Assembly (NCBI GenBank): GCA_000998135.1
Contig: LCCV01000009.1
Span: 1-60,035, forward strand
DNA from: Parcubacteria group bacterium GW2011_GWA2_42_14
GTDB lineage: Bacteria; Patescibacteriota; Minisyncoccia; Sungbacterales; GWA2-42-14
DNA length: 60,035 nt
Reading direction: 5' to 3'
In this document: positions 8,590-17,604 of the stretch, one piece after another
Numbering within the stretch: position 1 is the first letter of the stretch
Layout of the letters: each line of letters opens with the position of its first letter
Notes under the pieces: generated by a model
Told to the model about the DNA's origin: nothing
Seen by the model: only the letters and a program-made list of their open reading frames with translations
The model's database searches: none
Translations under genes and position numbers: made by a program

Positions 8590-9290
8590 CAATAAAAAGA
8601 ACCCAAATATTGACATCGAAATCTTTTAACAAGCTTATGATAGGAGTTTGTTGAAAAAACACGGCGGCTTATACGAGTAATCGTGTTCGAAAAAACCGAC
8701 TCATATCGGTGGATTCCTATTCGTCCCTTTATGTGGGATGCGCAGACAGTCGCGGACATAACGCAGACAGTCGCGGAAATTGAAATCCCAACCTGGATTT
8801 GATAGGATAATACCGAGGGAAGTTAGGTCGAATTTATTTAAATCTTAATATTTCTAAAAAATCATGGAACAAAAATATGAAGGGCAATCAGAGAAAGCAC
8901 CACAAATAATGTTAGATGTTGCGAATTTGATTTCACGATTAAGCGGAGAGATTGAAAAAGGAAACCTCACTCAAACTGTAAAAGAAAGTTTGAAACGTAT
9001 GTTAGAAGCCGGAATTAAAGATTTATCTGAATAATACTTAACCCCGTAGAGACTTGTTCGGCAATATCATGTCGGACAGACCAAGCGCACAAAATTTTAT
9101 GTGCTCGGTAACACGTCGGTCTCCATCCGCATGCATGCGGAAGGATGATGGTATAGTCCAATCCCTCTGGTAACAGAGGATATGCATAGCATCGCGGACA
9201 GTCGCAGACTGGACGCAGAACAGCGCAGAATTTTCTGCGTAATTCTGCGTAAAGTCAGCGCGATTCTGCGGTTTTGCAATGCAAAACAAG
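8590..9290 (+). mobile_element. group I intron C at E. coli-equivalent site 2593
   Basis: Exon joins as caaaccgt|cgtgagacag (E. coli GAACGU|CGUGAGACAG). The 5' exon ends in U and the intron ends in G. It is a close paralog of intron B (catatcggtgg, gataataccgagggaagttaggtcgaat, aaccccgtagagact, gatggtatagtcc). Confidence 0.8.
8864..9034 (+). CDS. 56-aa ORF in a loop of intron C (sense; below ORF-track cutoff)
   Basis: MEQKYEGQSEKAPQIMLDVANLISRLSGEIEKGNLTQTVKESLKRMLEAGIKDLSE. It sits in the same loop position as the intron B ORF and has no clear SD. Confidence 0.3.
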   Translation: MEQKYEGQSEKAPQIMLDVANLISRLSGEIEKGNLTQTVKESLKRMLEAGIKDLSE

Positions 9291-9416
9291 CGTGAGACAG
9301 GTTGGTCTCCTATCTACTGCAGGCGCAAGATACTTGAGGGAAGTCGTCCTTTGTACGAGAGGATCAGGATGAACGAACCTCTGGTCTATCGGCTGTCACG
9401 CCCGTGGCACTGCCGA

Positions 9417-9467
<51 letters not shown>

Positions 9468-9498
9468 CTCCCAAGATTAGGTATCTCGCCCTCCCAAC

Positions 9499-9791
9499 TT
9501 TTTGGATTTTAAATTGGATTTTAAAGTTTCAATTATGTGGTATGTATATATTATCCAAAGCAAGAAAGATGATGATTTCTATGTTGGTTTAACCAATGAT
9601 TTACGTCGAAGGTTAAAACAACACAATGAAAGCAAGGTTCCTGCCACAAAATTTCGTACCCCGTTTGAGCTTGCATATTACGAAGCTCATCACAATAAAT
9701 ATGATGCCGCCCGGAGAGAACAATTTTTGAAAAGCGGCTGGGGTAAAAATTGGATAAAAAGAACACTGTTAAAGTATCTAGAATCCAAAAA
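9499..9791 (+). other. 23S IVS-8 (helix-tip insertion, domain VI) carrying a GIY-YIG ORF
   Basis: Arms ccctcccaactttttggatt (9489-9508) and aatccaaaaagttgggaggg (9782-9801) lie downstream of gctgaaagcatctaagcgggaag. No group I core motifs were seen. Confidence 0.75.
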
Positions 9792-9804
9792 GTTGGGAGG
9801 GTAA
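9535..9804 (+). CDS. GIY-YIG nuclease family protein
   Basis: WYVYIIQSKKDDDFYVGLTNDLRRRLKQHN matches the GIY...YIG / RR..H motif set. The last 7 codons and the stop are encoded by the 3' stem arm. Confidence 0.8.
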   Translation: MWYVYIIQSKKDDDFYVGLTNDLRRRLKQHNESKVPATKFRTPFELAYYEAHHNKYDAARREQFLKSGWGKNWIKRTLLKYLESKKLGG

Positions 9805-10011
9805 ATAGATCCGTGAGAGATTATCACGTTAATAGGCTTCAGGTGTAAGTGGAGCAATCCATTCAGCCGAGAAGTACTAATAGATCATAAATTACCTGCT
9901 CTATACTAAGTTTTGGTATTAACTAATTTGCATTAATATTATTCGGGCTTGTCGAGAATTTTACTTTAATTTAATGTAACTTCTCGATTACACTCGAAGA
10001 ATAAATTATTT

Positions 10012-10227
10012 ATGTCAAAAGAATCATTAGATAGACCTGTACAAATTGAAGCATTTGTACGTAATAAAATTGCCATTAAAAAAATAGAAGAGGCTTTAAA
10101 AGAAATGTTAGAGTTAGTCGGGTTTAGTGGTTCTGGCCCTGACGGTGTAATAGTCACAAGAAATGAAGTTGAAAAAATTAAGGAAAGCGTAGTGAGATTA
10201 AAGAGAGAATTCAATATATCGGAGTAA
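10012..10227 (+). CDS. hypothetical 71-aa protein in the 23S-5S spacer
   Basis: The ORF has a plausible charged/coiled composition. The antisense ORF 9966..10214 looks like a shadow of it. Confidence 0.35.
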   Translation: MSKESLDRPVQIEAFVRNKIAIKKIEEALKEMLELVGFSGSGPDGVIVTRNEVEKIKESVVRLKREFNISE

Positions 10228-10256
10228 TTTTATGTAATTGTTAAGTTTTAAAATTT

Positions 10257-10424
10257 ATGTCACAAGAAGAAATAAAACCAAATGTTGAAGACGAAAAAAC
10301 AAAAAAAATACGGGAAGCGGAAGAAGCAATTGACGGTATGAAAAAAGAAGGATGGCCGGAAAAAGTTATTTTAGAGGAAGAAAAAAAATTGCGTGAACTT
10401 CGGTTTGGAAAAATGGAATCATAA
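10257..10424 (+). CDS. hypothetical 55-aa Glu/Lys-rich protein in the 23S-5S spacer (below track cutoff)
   Basis: MSQEEIKPNVEDEKTKKIREAEEAIDGMKKEGWPEKVILEEEKKLRELRFGKMES, an ATG-to-TAA ORF read directly from the sequence. Confidence 0.25.
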   Translation: MSQEEIKPNVEDEKTKKIREAEEAIDGMKKEGWPEKVILEEEKKLRELRFGKMES

Positions 10425-10657
10425 AGAATTTTATTTTGTTTAAATTCTTCGCGCCAAAACTTGATGATTAAGTATCGTATACCCCAGCTGATTCCATTCT
10501 GACTTGCTCCATACTGAATTTTTTGCTTGTTGGTATTTTATCTAAGCATGTTCCGCCTCTTCCCATTCCCGCCTTCACTTCCGCCGCTGCTAAAGTTGCG
10601 GCGGACAAGAAAGTTTCGGCTGGCAAACCGAACAGAGAACCATAAAAATTTTTTGTT

Positions 10658-10776
10658 TGCTGGTGTTTTATTAAGATGTGCCCCACCTGATCCCTTTCCG
10701 AACTCAGAAGTGAAAGCGTCTTAATCCGATGATACTCGGACCCAATCCGGTCCCGGGAAAGTAGGATACGCCAGCA
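10658..10776 (+). rRNA. rrf: 5S rRNA
   Basis: ccccacctgatccctttccgaactcagaagtgaaagc...gggaaagtaggatacgccagc matches the 5S consensus. The terminal helix is gctggtg / cgccagc. Confidence 0.9.
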
Positions 10777-10809
10777 TACAAAAAATTTTTAAAAACATGA
10801 TTCATTTAT

Positions 10810-10879
10810 ATTCCATGACGAATATCGTTAAAAGAGCCGTTCATAAAGACGGTGTCTTAACATTATTCGCCATGGAAAT
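10810..10879. repeat. imperfect palindrome after 5S
   Basis: attccatgacgaatatcgttaa ... ttaacattattcgccatggaaat. Confidence 0.6.
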
Positions 10880-11008
10880 TTTTACGTAAGAAGATTTATA
10901 TAATTTTATTTTTGCGCAATAATTCCCGTGGCTAACTAGTCACGGGAATTTAAATTTACCTCGAATTTGTCGGGGATATAGTTCTTTAACAAAAAAGGAG
11001 AGAAATAA

Positions 11009-11383
11009 GTGGAAAAAATAGGCATAAAAGAAGCGTGTTCGTTACTTACTATTTGCCGTGGAGGGGATGTCAAGGGAACTGCAGATGAACTCATGTGGTG
11101 GATGAATAATTTTAAAATTTCTCTTGATCAAATCGGGACTACGCACGCAGAAGTGGAAGGATTTATACACTCCGCCAGGATTATTGAAGCCAAACGAGAA
11201 TTGACATTTTGCCGGAATTACGTAAGAAGCGGACATCCAAGCCATCTCTGGTTTCTAATGGAATGGTTTAATTTAACTTGTCAAGAATTGGGCACGACAA
11301 ATGAGGAAGTCAGGTCTTTTTGCGATGATGACCTTTGCGGAAAGTTAATTTATTACAACGATAGGATAAGGAAGAAATGCTAA
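11009..11383 (+). CDS. hypothetical protein with an internal duplication
   Basis: AGGAG precedes the GTG start. Two similar halves are seen (ELMWWMNNFKISLDQIGTTHAEVEGF / HLWFLMEWFNLTCQELGTTNEEVRSF). The 3' end overlaps the next gene by 7 nt. Confidence 0.5.
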   Translation: MEKIGIKEACSLLTICRGGDVKGTADELMWWMNNFKISLDQIGTTHAEVEGFIHSARIIEAKRELTFCRNYVRSGHPSHLWFLMEWFNLTCQELGTTNEEVRSFCDDDLCGKLIYYNDRIRKKC

Positions 11384-11937
11384 AAGGCAAAAAAGTGCGG
11401 CTTCGGGCTATTGACCCCAAAAAAGACGCGGAACTTTTTATGGAGTGGATTAATGATTATGAGGTTGTAAGATTTCTTGGCGGCCCGTTTATGCCCCTTA
11501 CCAAAGATGAGGAACGCAAACGTCTTAAGGAACTTAAAGAAAGGAGAGATACTTTTAAAATATTTGCGGTTGAAACGCTTGACGGTGCGCTTATCGGTTC
11601 AATTTCTCTCATGAATATAAACCACCTTGATGGCACCGCCGTTACGGGCACGCTTATCGGCGATAAAGATTATTGGCGCAAGGGGTATGCGACTGACGCC
11701 AAGATGATACTGCTTTATTATGCCTTTCAGGTTCTTAATTTGCGGCGTATCTCAACGCGAATTATTGCCGATAATATCGGCAGCATCAGGGTTCAGGAAA
11801 AGTGCGGATATGAACGCGAAGGCATATGGAGAAAAGAAGTATATGCGGACGGCAAATACCGCGATATGGTTTTGATGGCGGTTTTTCGCGGAGGGTATAT
11901 GAAGTTGTGGCGCCAATATCAAAAAAAGAGCGAATGA
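11377..11937 (+). CDS. GNAT family N-acetyltransferase (RimJ/RimL-like)
   Basis: VRLRAIDPKKDAELFMEWINDYEV...WRKGYATDA...NIGSIRVQEKCGYEREG is a typical Acetyltransf_3 pattern. Confidence 0.75.
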   Translation: MLKGKKVRLRAIDPKKDAELFMEWINDYEVVRFLGGPFMPLTKDEERKRLKELKERRDTFKIFAVETLDGALIGSISLMNINHLDGTAVTGTLIGDKDYWRKGYATDAKMILLYYAFQVLNLRRISTRIIADNIGSIRVQEKCGYEREGIWRKEVYADGKYRDMVLMAVFRGGYMKLWRQYQKKSE

Positions 11938-11966
11938 TTTCGCTCTTTTTATTTACTTTTCCTTTT

Positions 11967-13121
11967 TTAAAGCAGTGTTTCTATCGACGTATATTCAAGG
12001 CCGAAAGTTTTGGCAAGGCCCGCTGAAGTTATCCTACCGTTATAAATTGATACCGCGCCTCTTAAGGCAGGGTTTTCTTTTAGTGCCCCGATGAACCCGA
12101 GTTTGATAATCTGCATCATGTAGGGAAAAACCGATTCGGAAAAAACCGGGGTGGAACGTTCGGAGACTCCGCCCGGAAAATTGGGAATGCCGATATATTT
12201 TATTCCTCGTTCAAGTTCTATTGCCGGATTTTCATGGGTAGTAACCCGTGAAAATTCACATGCTCCGCCTTGGTCAATAGAGGTATCCACTATTACCGAA
12301 TTATCCGGAATACTATTGCGCATTTCGTTTGTTATAATAATCGGGGCTTTATTTTCGGGAGCATACGGAGCAAGGTTTATTAGAAGCGGCTTATGATATT
12401 CTTCCGTTTCCATAAGTCTTTTAAGAAGTTGGGGAATTTCTTCCGGTGGACAGGTTAAAAATCCAAAAGGGGCCGGTGAGTCTTCATCTTTACGGCATAT
12501 TTCCGCATAATTTTTTATCTTTCTCATATCCGGATCTATGGCGGTAACGGATAGCCAAAAGCTTTTTTCGCTAAGCCAATGCGCGGCTTGCCCAACTGTT
12601 CCGTAACCAACAATAATCAATTCCGGTTTTGGGCCTGAAAAATATTTCATTCCGATTCTAATCCCTTCCTCGCCGGCGATTTTGCTCATTCCTGCCAGCA
12701 CCCGCCGCGAGCCGTCCGATTCTACAATATCTTCCAGCGAAAGATATGTGCCATTGCGTTCAATTACCAATTCCGTGAGTTCGCGATTGGAAGCCAGATG
12801 TCCAAAACTGATTATGGGTAAACATGGCTGTATAAAATAATATTCTTCAGGAAGCAATTCCTTTACCTTAAGCACGGCAAGTTGTCCGAAGCCGTGTTTA
12901 TCCGGCCGCATCAGCCGCCAAAATTCTTCTTTATCTTTTGGACGCGAAATAATTCGCGTCCCTCTCGCCCTATAAAATTCGTCAAAAAATCCGCTTTTTT
13001 CTCCGGCGCCTTTTTCCATATAAACTGCGGCCCCGGCATAGACAGCATCGTAAACATGATTGGGACACATAGGAAAACGACCCTCTCCGCACTTAATCTC
13101 TTTCGGCATAAAAATAACCAT
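11967..13121 (-). CDS. alanine dehydrogenase/PNT family NAD-binding enzyme
   Basis: PKEIKCGEGR...EKGAGEKSGFFDEFY, VLKVKELLPEEY, SFGHLASNRELTE and the Rossmann motif IIVGYGTVGQAA match the AlaDH family layout. The likely start is the ATG at 13109. Confidence 0.65.
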   Translation of the reverse strand: MVIFMPKEIKCGEGRFPMCPNHVYDAVYAGAAVYMEKGAGEKSGFFDEFYRARGTRIISRPKDKEEFWRLMRPDKHGFGQLAVLKVKELLPEEYYFIQPCLPIISFGHLASNRELTELVIERNGTYLSLEDIVESDGSRRVLAGMSKIAGEEGIRIGMKYFSGPKPELIIVGYGTVGQAAHWLSEKSFWLSVTAIDPDMRKIKNYAEICRKDEDSPAPFGFLTCPPEEIPQLLKRLMETEEYHKPLLINLAPYAPENKAPIIITNEMRNSIPDNSVIVDTSIDQGGACEFSRVTTHENPAIELERGIKYIGIPNFPGGVSERSTPVFSESVFPYMMQIIKLGFIGALKENPALRGAVSIYNGRITSAGLAKTFGLEYTSIETLL

Positions 13122-13250
13122 TTTTAAGCCCTTTTGTTAATGAGCAATCTTAAAACTGCTTATATTTTATAATAACCACTTGAATTGTCAATACTTTAGC
13201 AAAATGGATATTTATTGTATGATAAAGTTGGTTAAATTATTTTTAATTGC

Positions 13251-13335
13251 GGGTCATCCGTATCAGCGTTGTTTTAACGCGCTTTTCAGCGATTAATCAG
13301 CGGGGAACACCGCTTAAATAAAGCTGATTGAAACG
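13251..13335. repeat. periodic-word hairpin (CAGCG / CGCTG words)
   Basis: tatcagcgttg...tcagcgattaatcagcgggg aacaccgcttaaataaagctgattg. Confidence 0.6.
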
Positions 13336-13346
13336 TCAATAGGGCT

Positions 13347-14120
13347 ATGTTTTCCAACTTAGGGTATCGCGCCAGCCGACAATTTATTTTGCTTTTAATC
13401 CCTTTTACAATAGCGGCAATTTTGCTTTTATTCGGCTACTATAAATTACTGCCGGAACCAACATGTTCCGACCTTATCAAAAATCAAAACGAGGAAGAAG
13501 TTGACTGCGGCGGCCCGTGTAAAAGTTGCCTCTTCAAGCACATACAAGATATTCAAATTTTTTCTGTTAATTTTGATGAAGTTGTTACCGGTTCATATGA
13601 CGTAGTGGCTAAGGTAAAAAATCCCAATACACGGCTTTTAGCTAAAGAATTTTTTTATGAAATTACCCTAAAAGACGATAAGGGAGTAATAATGCAAAAA
13701 AGAACCGGCAGATCTTATTTATATGCCGGAGAAACTGCTCATATAATCGAGGGGAATATTCCGTCAAAGCGTAAAATTTATTTCGCGGAATTTTCCATAA
13801 ATAACAAGGAAGTTAACTGGATTCAGGGTGAAACAAAAAGGCCGGTATTTTTAAGCGGCGAAAAAATATCCGAGGTCGTAAGGGGCACAACCCGGTTAAA
13901 ATTGAAAATATTCAACCAATCACTTGCCGATTTTAAAAATATTGAAGTAGGCGCCATTATTACGAATGATAACGGAGATATTACGGCTATTAATAAAACG
14001 CTGATTGATTCGCTTAAGGCCGGAGATTTTGTCCCGTTTATTTTTATCTGGCCGGGAGAATTTATCATTAATACGGCAAATGTTTTGATTGAACCGAGAG
14101 TAAATTTGACAGCAGGATAA
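13347..14120 (+). CDS. membrane-anchored hypothetical protein with Cys-rich DCGGPCKSC motif
   Basis: N-terminal TM helix, then CSDLIKNQNEEEVDCGGPCKSC, then a beta-rich ectodomain. Confidence 0.5.
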   Translation: MFSNLGYRASRQFILLLIPFTIAAILLLFGYYKLLPEPTCSDLIKNQNEEEVDCGGPCKSCLFKHIQDIQIFSVNFDEVVTGSYDVVAKVKNPNTRLLAKEFFYEITLKDDKGVIMQKRTGRSYLYAGETAHIIEGNIPSKRKIYFAEFSINNKEVNWIQGETKRPVFLSGEKISEVVRGTTRLKLKIFNQSLADFKNIEVGAIITNDNGDITAINKTLIDSLKAGDFVPFIFIWPGEFIINTANVLIEPRVNLTAG

Positions 14121-14293
14121 TATGACCTAAATCATCATTTAAAATAGCATTATCATTAAACTTTTTATTATTTCCCGCATTGACCCATGAAAGCACCGGA
14201 TTATTCTAATTAACATCCGAATGTTCCGAATAGCAAATTATGGTTTGAGTAAAGAAATTTTTTGAAGGCACGCAATTTTTTAGAATAAAAAAT

Positions 14294-15388
14294 ATGTTTT
14301 CTTTATATTTTAAAAACATCGATTGGTTTTTATTCGGTTCAATGTTTTTTCTTATTGCCATTGGCCTGATTTCTTTATGGAGCCTTTCTATCGAGAATTA
14401 TACCCTTTTTTATAAACAATTAATTTGGCTGGCGCTCGGACTCGCGTTTTTTGCGGTAATTTCCTTTTTTGATTACAGGATTTTTAAAAACTACGGTGGC
14501 ATAATTCTCGGCTTATATTTTATTTCTGTTTTTTCCCTTATTTTACTTAATATATTCGGCATCAAAACAAGAGGAGTAACTGGCTGGTTCCGGTTGGAAG
14601 GTTTTGCAATTCAGCCGGTTGAATTTGTGAAAATAATACTCATAGTTCTTTTTGCGAAATATTTTTCCAAGAGGCACGTGGAAATTTATCATATCAGGCA
14701 TATCATTATTTCCGGCTTATATGTCTTACTGCCCACGGCATTAGTTATGCTCCAGCCTGATTTGGGCTCGGCCATGATACTTATTATTCTCTGGATTACC
14801 GTAACTCTTTTTTCCGGAATTAAAACAAAACATCTTTTATCACTATTAATTATTTTTTCTTTTATCGGCGTTTTAGGATGGACAACCCTTCTTAAGCCCT
14901 ATCAAAAAGAAAGAATCACATCTTTTATTAATCCGTATGCCGACCCAAGCGGCTCCGGTTATAATATAATTCAGTCGCTTATCGCAGTTGGTTCCGGTGG
15001 CGTCTGGGGAAAGGGAATAGGCCAGGGTCCGCAAAGCCATCTTTTATTTTTGCCGGAAGCGGAAACCGATTTCATCTTTGCCGCGTTCGCGGAAGAATGG
15101 GGATTTATGGGCAATTTGTTTTTATTATCATGCTTTCTTATTTTTCTTCTGCGGATTTTGAAAATAGGAAAAGAAGCGGAAAACAATTTTGCTAAAATTT
15201 TTGCCCTCGGCTTTGCCACCCTTGTTTTTTCCCAGTTACTGATTCATATCGGAGTAAATACGGGTTTACTGCCCATAACAGGCATCACTCTTCCTTTTGT
15301 AAGCTACGGCGGTTCAAGCCTGATTACTCTTATGGCGGGAGCGGGAATGGTGCAGGGCATTAAATTTCATTCGAGAAAAGAGGTATAA
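14294..15388 (+). CDS. SEDS family peptidoglycan glycosyltransferase (RodA/FtsW)
   Basis: About 10 TM segments with LQPDLGSAM, ETDFIFAAFAEEWGF and LPFVSYGGSS motifs. Confidence 0.85.
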   Translation: MFSLYFKNIDWFLFGSMFFLIAIGLISLWSLSIENYTLFYKQLIWLALGLAFFAVISFFDYRIFKNYGGIILGLYFISVFSLILLNIFGIKTRGVTGWFRLEGFAIQPVEFVKIILIVLFAKYFSKRHVEIYHIRHIIISGLYVLLPTALVMLQPDLGSAMILIILWITVTLFSGIKTKHLLSLLIIFSFIGVLGWTTLLKPYQKERITSFINPYADPSGSGYNIIQSLIAVGSGGVWGKGIGQGPQSHLLFLPEAETDFIFAAFAEEWGFMGNLFLLSCFLIFLLRILKIGKEAENNFAKIFALGFATLVFSQLLIHIGVNTGLLPITGITLPFVSYGGSSLITLMAGAGMVQGIKFHSRKEV

Positions 15389-15399
15389 TAGGATTAACT

Positions 15400-15455
15400 G
15401 AAACATGGAACATGGAACATAAACCATGATTCATGATTTATGATTCATGATTTAT
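15400..15455. repeat. periodic-word hairpin (CATGG / CATGA words) overlapping the rpiB start
   Basis: aacatggaacatggaacataaaccatgattcatgatttatgattcatgatttat. Confidence 0.65.
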
Positions 15456-15890
15456 CTTGCATCCGACCACGTCGGTTTTGAACTTAAAGAAAAACTGAAG
15501 ACATATCTTCAGGAACTTGGATACGGAGTGAAGGATTTTGGGGCTTTTAAATTTGATGCGGAAGATGATTATCCGGATTTTATTCGCAAAGCGGCCGAAG
15601 CCGTTGCTAATGACCCGGAGCAGGGTCAAGGGATTATTCTTGGCGGTTCTGGTCATGGGGAAGCCATGGTTGCCAATCGTTTTAAGAGAGTGAGGGCCGC
15701 GGTATACTATGGCGGTGATGAAAAAATAATTACTTTGTCGCGTGAGCATAATAACGCAAATGTGTTATCGCTTGGAGCGAGGTTTTTAACGGAAGAAGAA
15801 GCAAAAAAAGCGGTAAAATTATGGCTGGAAACGAAGTTTAATAATGAAGAAAGACATGTGAGGAGAATTCGTAAAATCGATGAATTATGA
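15447..15890 (+). CDS. rpiB: ribose-5-phosphate isomerase B
   Basis: LASDHVGFELKE...ILGGSGHGEAMVANR...NANVLSLGARF is the RpiB/LacAB family signature. Confidence 0.85.
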   Translation: MIYLASDHVGFELKEKLKTYLQELGYGVKDFGAFKFDAEDDYPDFIRKAAEAVANDPEQGQGIILGGSGHGEAMVANRFKRVRAAVYYGGDEKIITLSREHNNANVLSLGARFLTEEEAKKAVKLWLETKFNNEERHVRRIRKIDEL

Positions 15891-15950
15891 ATTAGGGACG
15901 GAAAAAAACTAAAAATTTTCCATAATTCCTAATTCCTAATTCCTAATTTA
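15882..15950. repeat. periodic-word hairpin (AATTAGG / CCTAATT words)
   Basis: gaattatgaattagggacgg ... cataattcctaattcctaattcctaattt. Confidence 0.6.
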
Positions 15951-15951
15951 A

Positions 15952-16581
15952 TTGGCCGAAATAATTCCTGTCATCAATTCCAAAACCTTTGAGGAGGTTC
16001 GCGATAAAATTAGAAAAGTTGAGCCCTATGCTAAATGGGCCCACATTGATGTGGCTGACGGAACATTTGCGCCGATTACGCTATGGCATAATTCTTTGGA
16101 TTTAGTGGGTTTTAAAACGAATTTGAATTTAGAAATTCACATGATGGAAAACGACCCGGAAGAAAGAATTGACCATTGGTTCCTGCCGCCGGTAAAAAGA
16201 ATCATTGTCCACTGGGAAACAGTAAATGATATGGAATTTATTATTGAAGAGTGCCACAAGGAAAAAATTGAGGTAGGGTTAGCAATTGCCGACCAAACTT
16301 CATGGACAAAATTGAAACCCTACATAGATAAAGTAGATATGTTTCAGGTATTGTGCGTTCCTGCCGGCCCCACTGGTCAGGAATTTCATGGCCATAACCT
16401 GTTGAAAATTAAGCATTTACGAAGGATATGCCCATCATGTATGATAGAAGTTGACGGCGGTATTAATCCGTCTAATGCGAAACAGACGATTGAAATGGGG
16501 GCGAATGTCATAGCGGCGGGTTGGTATATATTTACGAGCAAAGATATAAAAAAAGCGATTGAGGAATTGCAAAATATATGA
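15952..16581 (+). CDS. rpe: ribulose-phosphate 3-epimerase
   Basis: AHIDVADGTFAP...LEIHMM...DMFQVLCV.PG..GQ.F...IEVDGGIN matches Rpe. The start is TTG. Confidence 0.8.
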   Translation: MAEIIPVINSKTFEEVRDKIRKVEPYAKWAHIDVADGTFAPITLWHNSLDLVGFKTNLNLEIHMMENDPEERIDHWFLPPVKRIIVHWETVNDMEFIIEECHKEKIEVGLAIADQTSWTKLKPYIDKVDMFQVLCVPAGPTGQEFHGHNLLKIKHLRRICPSCMIEVDGGINPSNAKQTIEMGANVIAAGWYIFTSKDIKKAIEELQNI

Positions 16582-16597
16582 ATCATTTGCATGATGA

Positions 16598-16709
16598 CCC
16601 CGCACCAAATTCCGAACAATCGTTAAATAATTTTCAAAGTAATTTGCGCGGTATCGGCTTCGCATTGCGCTATCTTAAAAAGCAGTCCTTTTTGAGAATT
16701 GGTGCGGGG
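16598..16709. repeat. long-range 14-15-bp stem enclosing about 85 nt in the rpe-tkt spacer
   Basis: ccccgcaccaaattc (16598-16612) pairs with gaattggtgcgggg (16696-16709). Confidence 0.55.
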
Positions 16710-16727
16710 CAGGTAAAATAAAATTTT

Positions 16728-17585
16728 ATGCATCTTCATGATGATAAAATTAAGTTTTTAGAGGAAAAGGCTAACACTATTCGCCAATCTTTGATTGAAG
16801 AATTGGTGGAGGCCGGTTCAGGACATACGGCAGGACCGCTTGGCATGGCTGATGTTTTTACGGCCATGTATTTTCATATTCTGAAGCATGACTCCAAAAA
16901 TCCGGAATGGCCGGAAAGAGACCGGCTGGTGCTTTCTAACGGCCACATTTGCCCCATTCAATACGCAACAATGGCCCATGCCGGCTATTTTCCTATTGAA
17001 GAATTAAAAACTTTGCGTAAATTCGGAACCCGGCTCCAAGGCCATCCTCATCGCGGAACTTTGCCGGGAATTGAAACAACTTCGGGACCTCTTGGTTCAG
17101 GACTTTCACAGGCAGTCGGCATGGCCATTGGTTTTAAAATGGACCATCAGCCAAATCAGGTTTATTGTTTAATGTCCGATGCCGAGCAGGAATGCGGGAA
17201 TACTTGGGAAGCGGCCATGCTTGCCGGAAAATTAAAACTTGATAATTTAACCGGCTTAATTGACAGAAACAATATTCAAATTGACGGCATGACCGAAGAT
17301 GTTATGCCGCTAGAGCCGCTTCGCGCCAAATACGAAGCGTTTAATTGGCACGTTATTGATATGAACGGCCATGATTTTCAAGACATCAATAACGCAATTG
17401 AGGCGGCACGGGCTATTTATGAAAAACCGGTTTTAATAATCGCCCACACCATTCCTGGCAAAGGGATTCCGGAAATAGAGTTTGATTACAAATGGCACGG
17501 CATTCCGCCCAAGCCGGAACAGGCCAAAGTTTTTCTTGAAAAATTAAGGACATTGGGAGGGAAAATTAAATCGGAACATCAATGA
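16728..17585 (+). CDS. transketolase, N-terminal (TPP-binding) subunit
   Basis: GSGHTAGPLGMADV...LSNGH...GHP......IETTSGPLGSGLSQAVGMA...DAEQECGNTWEA. Ends in the tail TLGGKIKSEHQ. Confidence 0.85.
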   Translation: MHLHDDKIKFLEEKANTIRQSLIEELVEAGSGHTAGPLGMADVFTAMYFHILKHDSKNPEWPERDRLVLSNGHICPIQYATMAHAGYFPIEELKTLRKFGTRLQGHPHRGTLPGIETTSGPLGSGLSQAVGMAIGFKMDHQPNQVYCLMSDAEQECGNTWEAAMLAGKLKLDNLTGLIDRNNIQIDGMTEDVMPLEPLRAKYEAFNWHVIDMNGHDFQDINNAIEAARAIYEKPVLIIAHTIPGKGIPEIEFDYKWHGIPPKPEQAKVFLEKLRTLGGKIKSEHQ

Positions 17586-17604
17586 AATAGTTTTGTAGAT
17601 AAAT

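Noticed and set aside
10468-10724. ORFs 10468..10686(-) and 10527..10724(+)
   Set aside because: They overlap the 5S rRNA gene and its upstream repeat hairpin.
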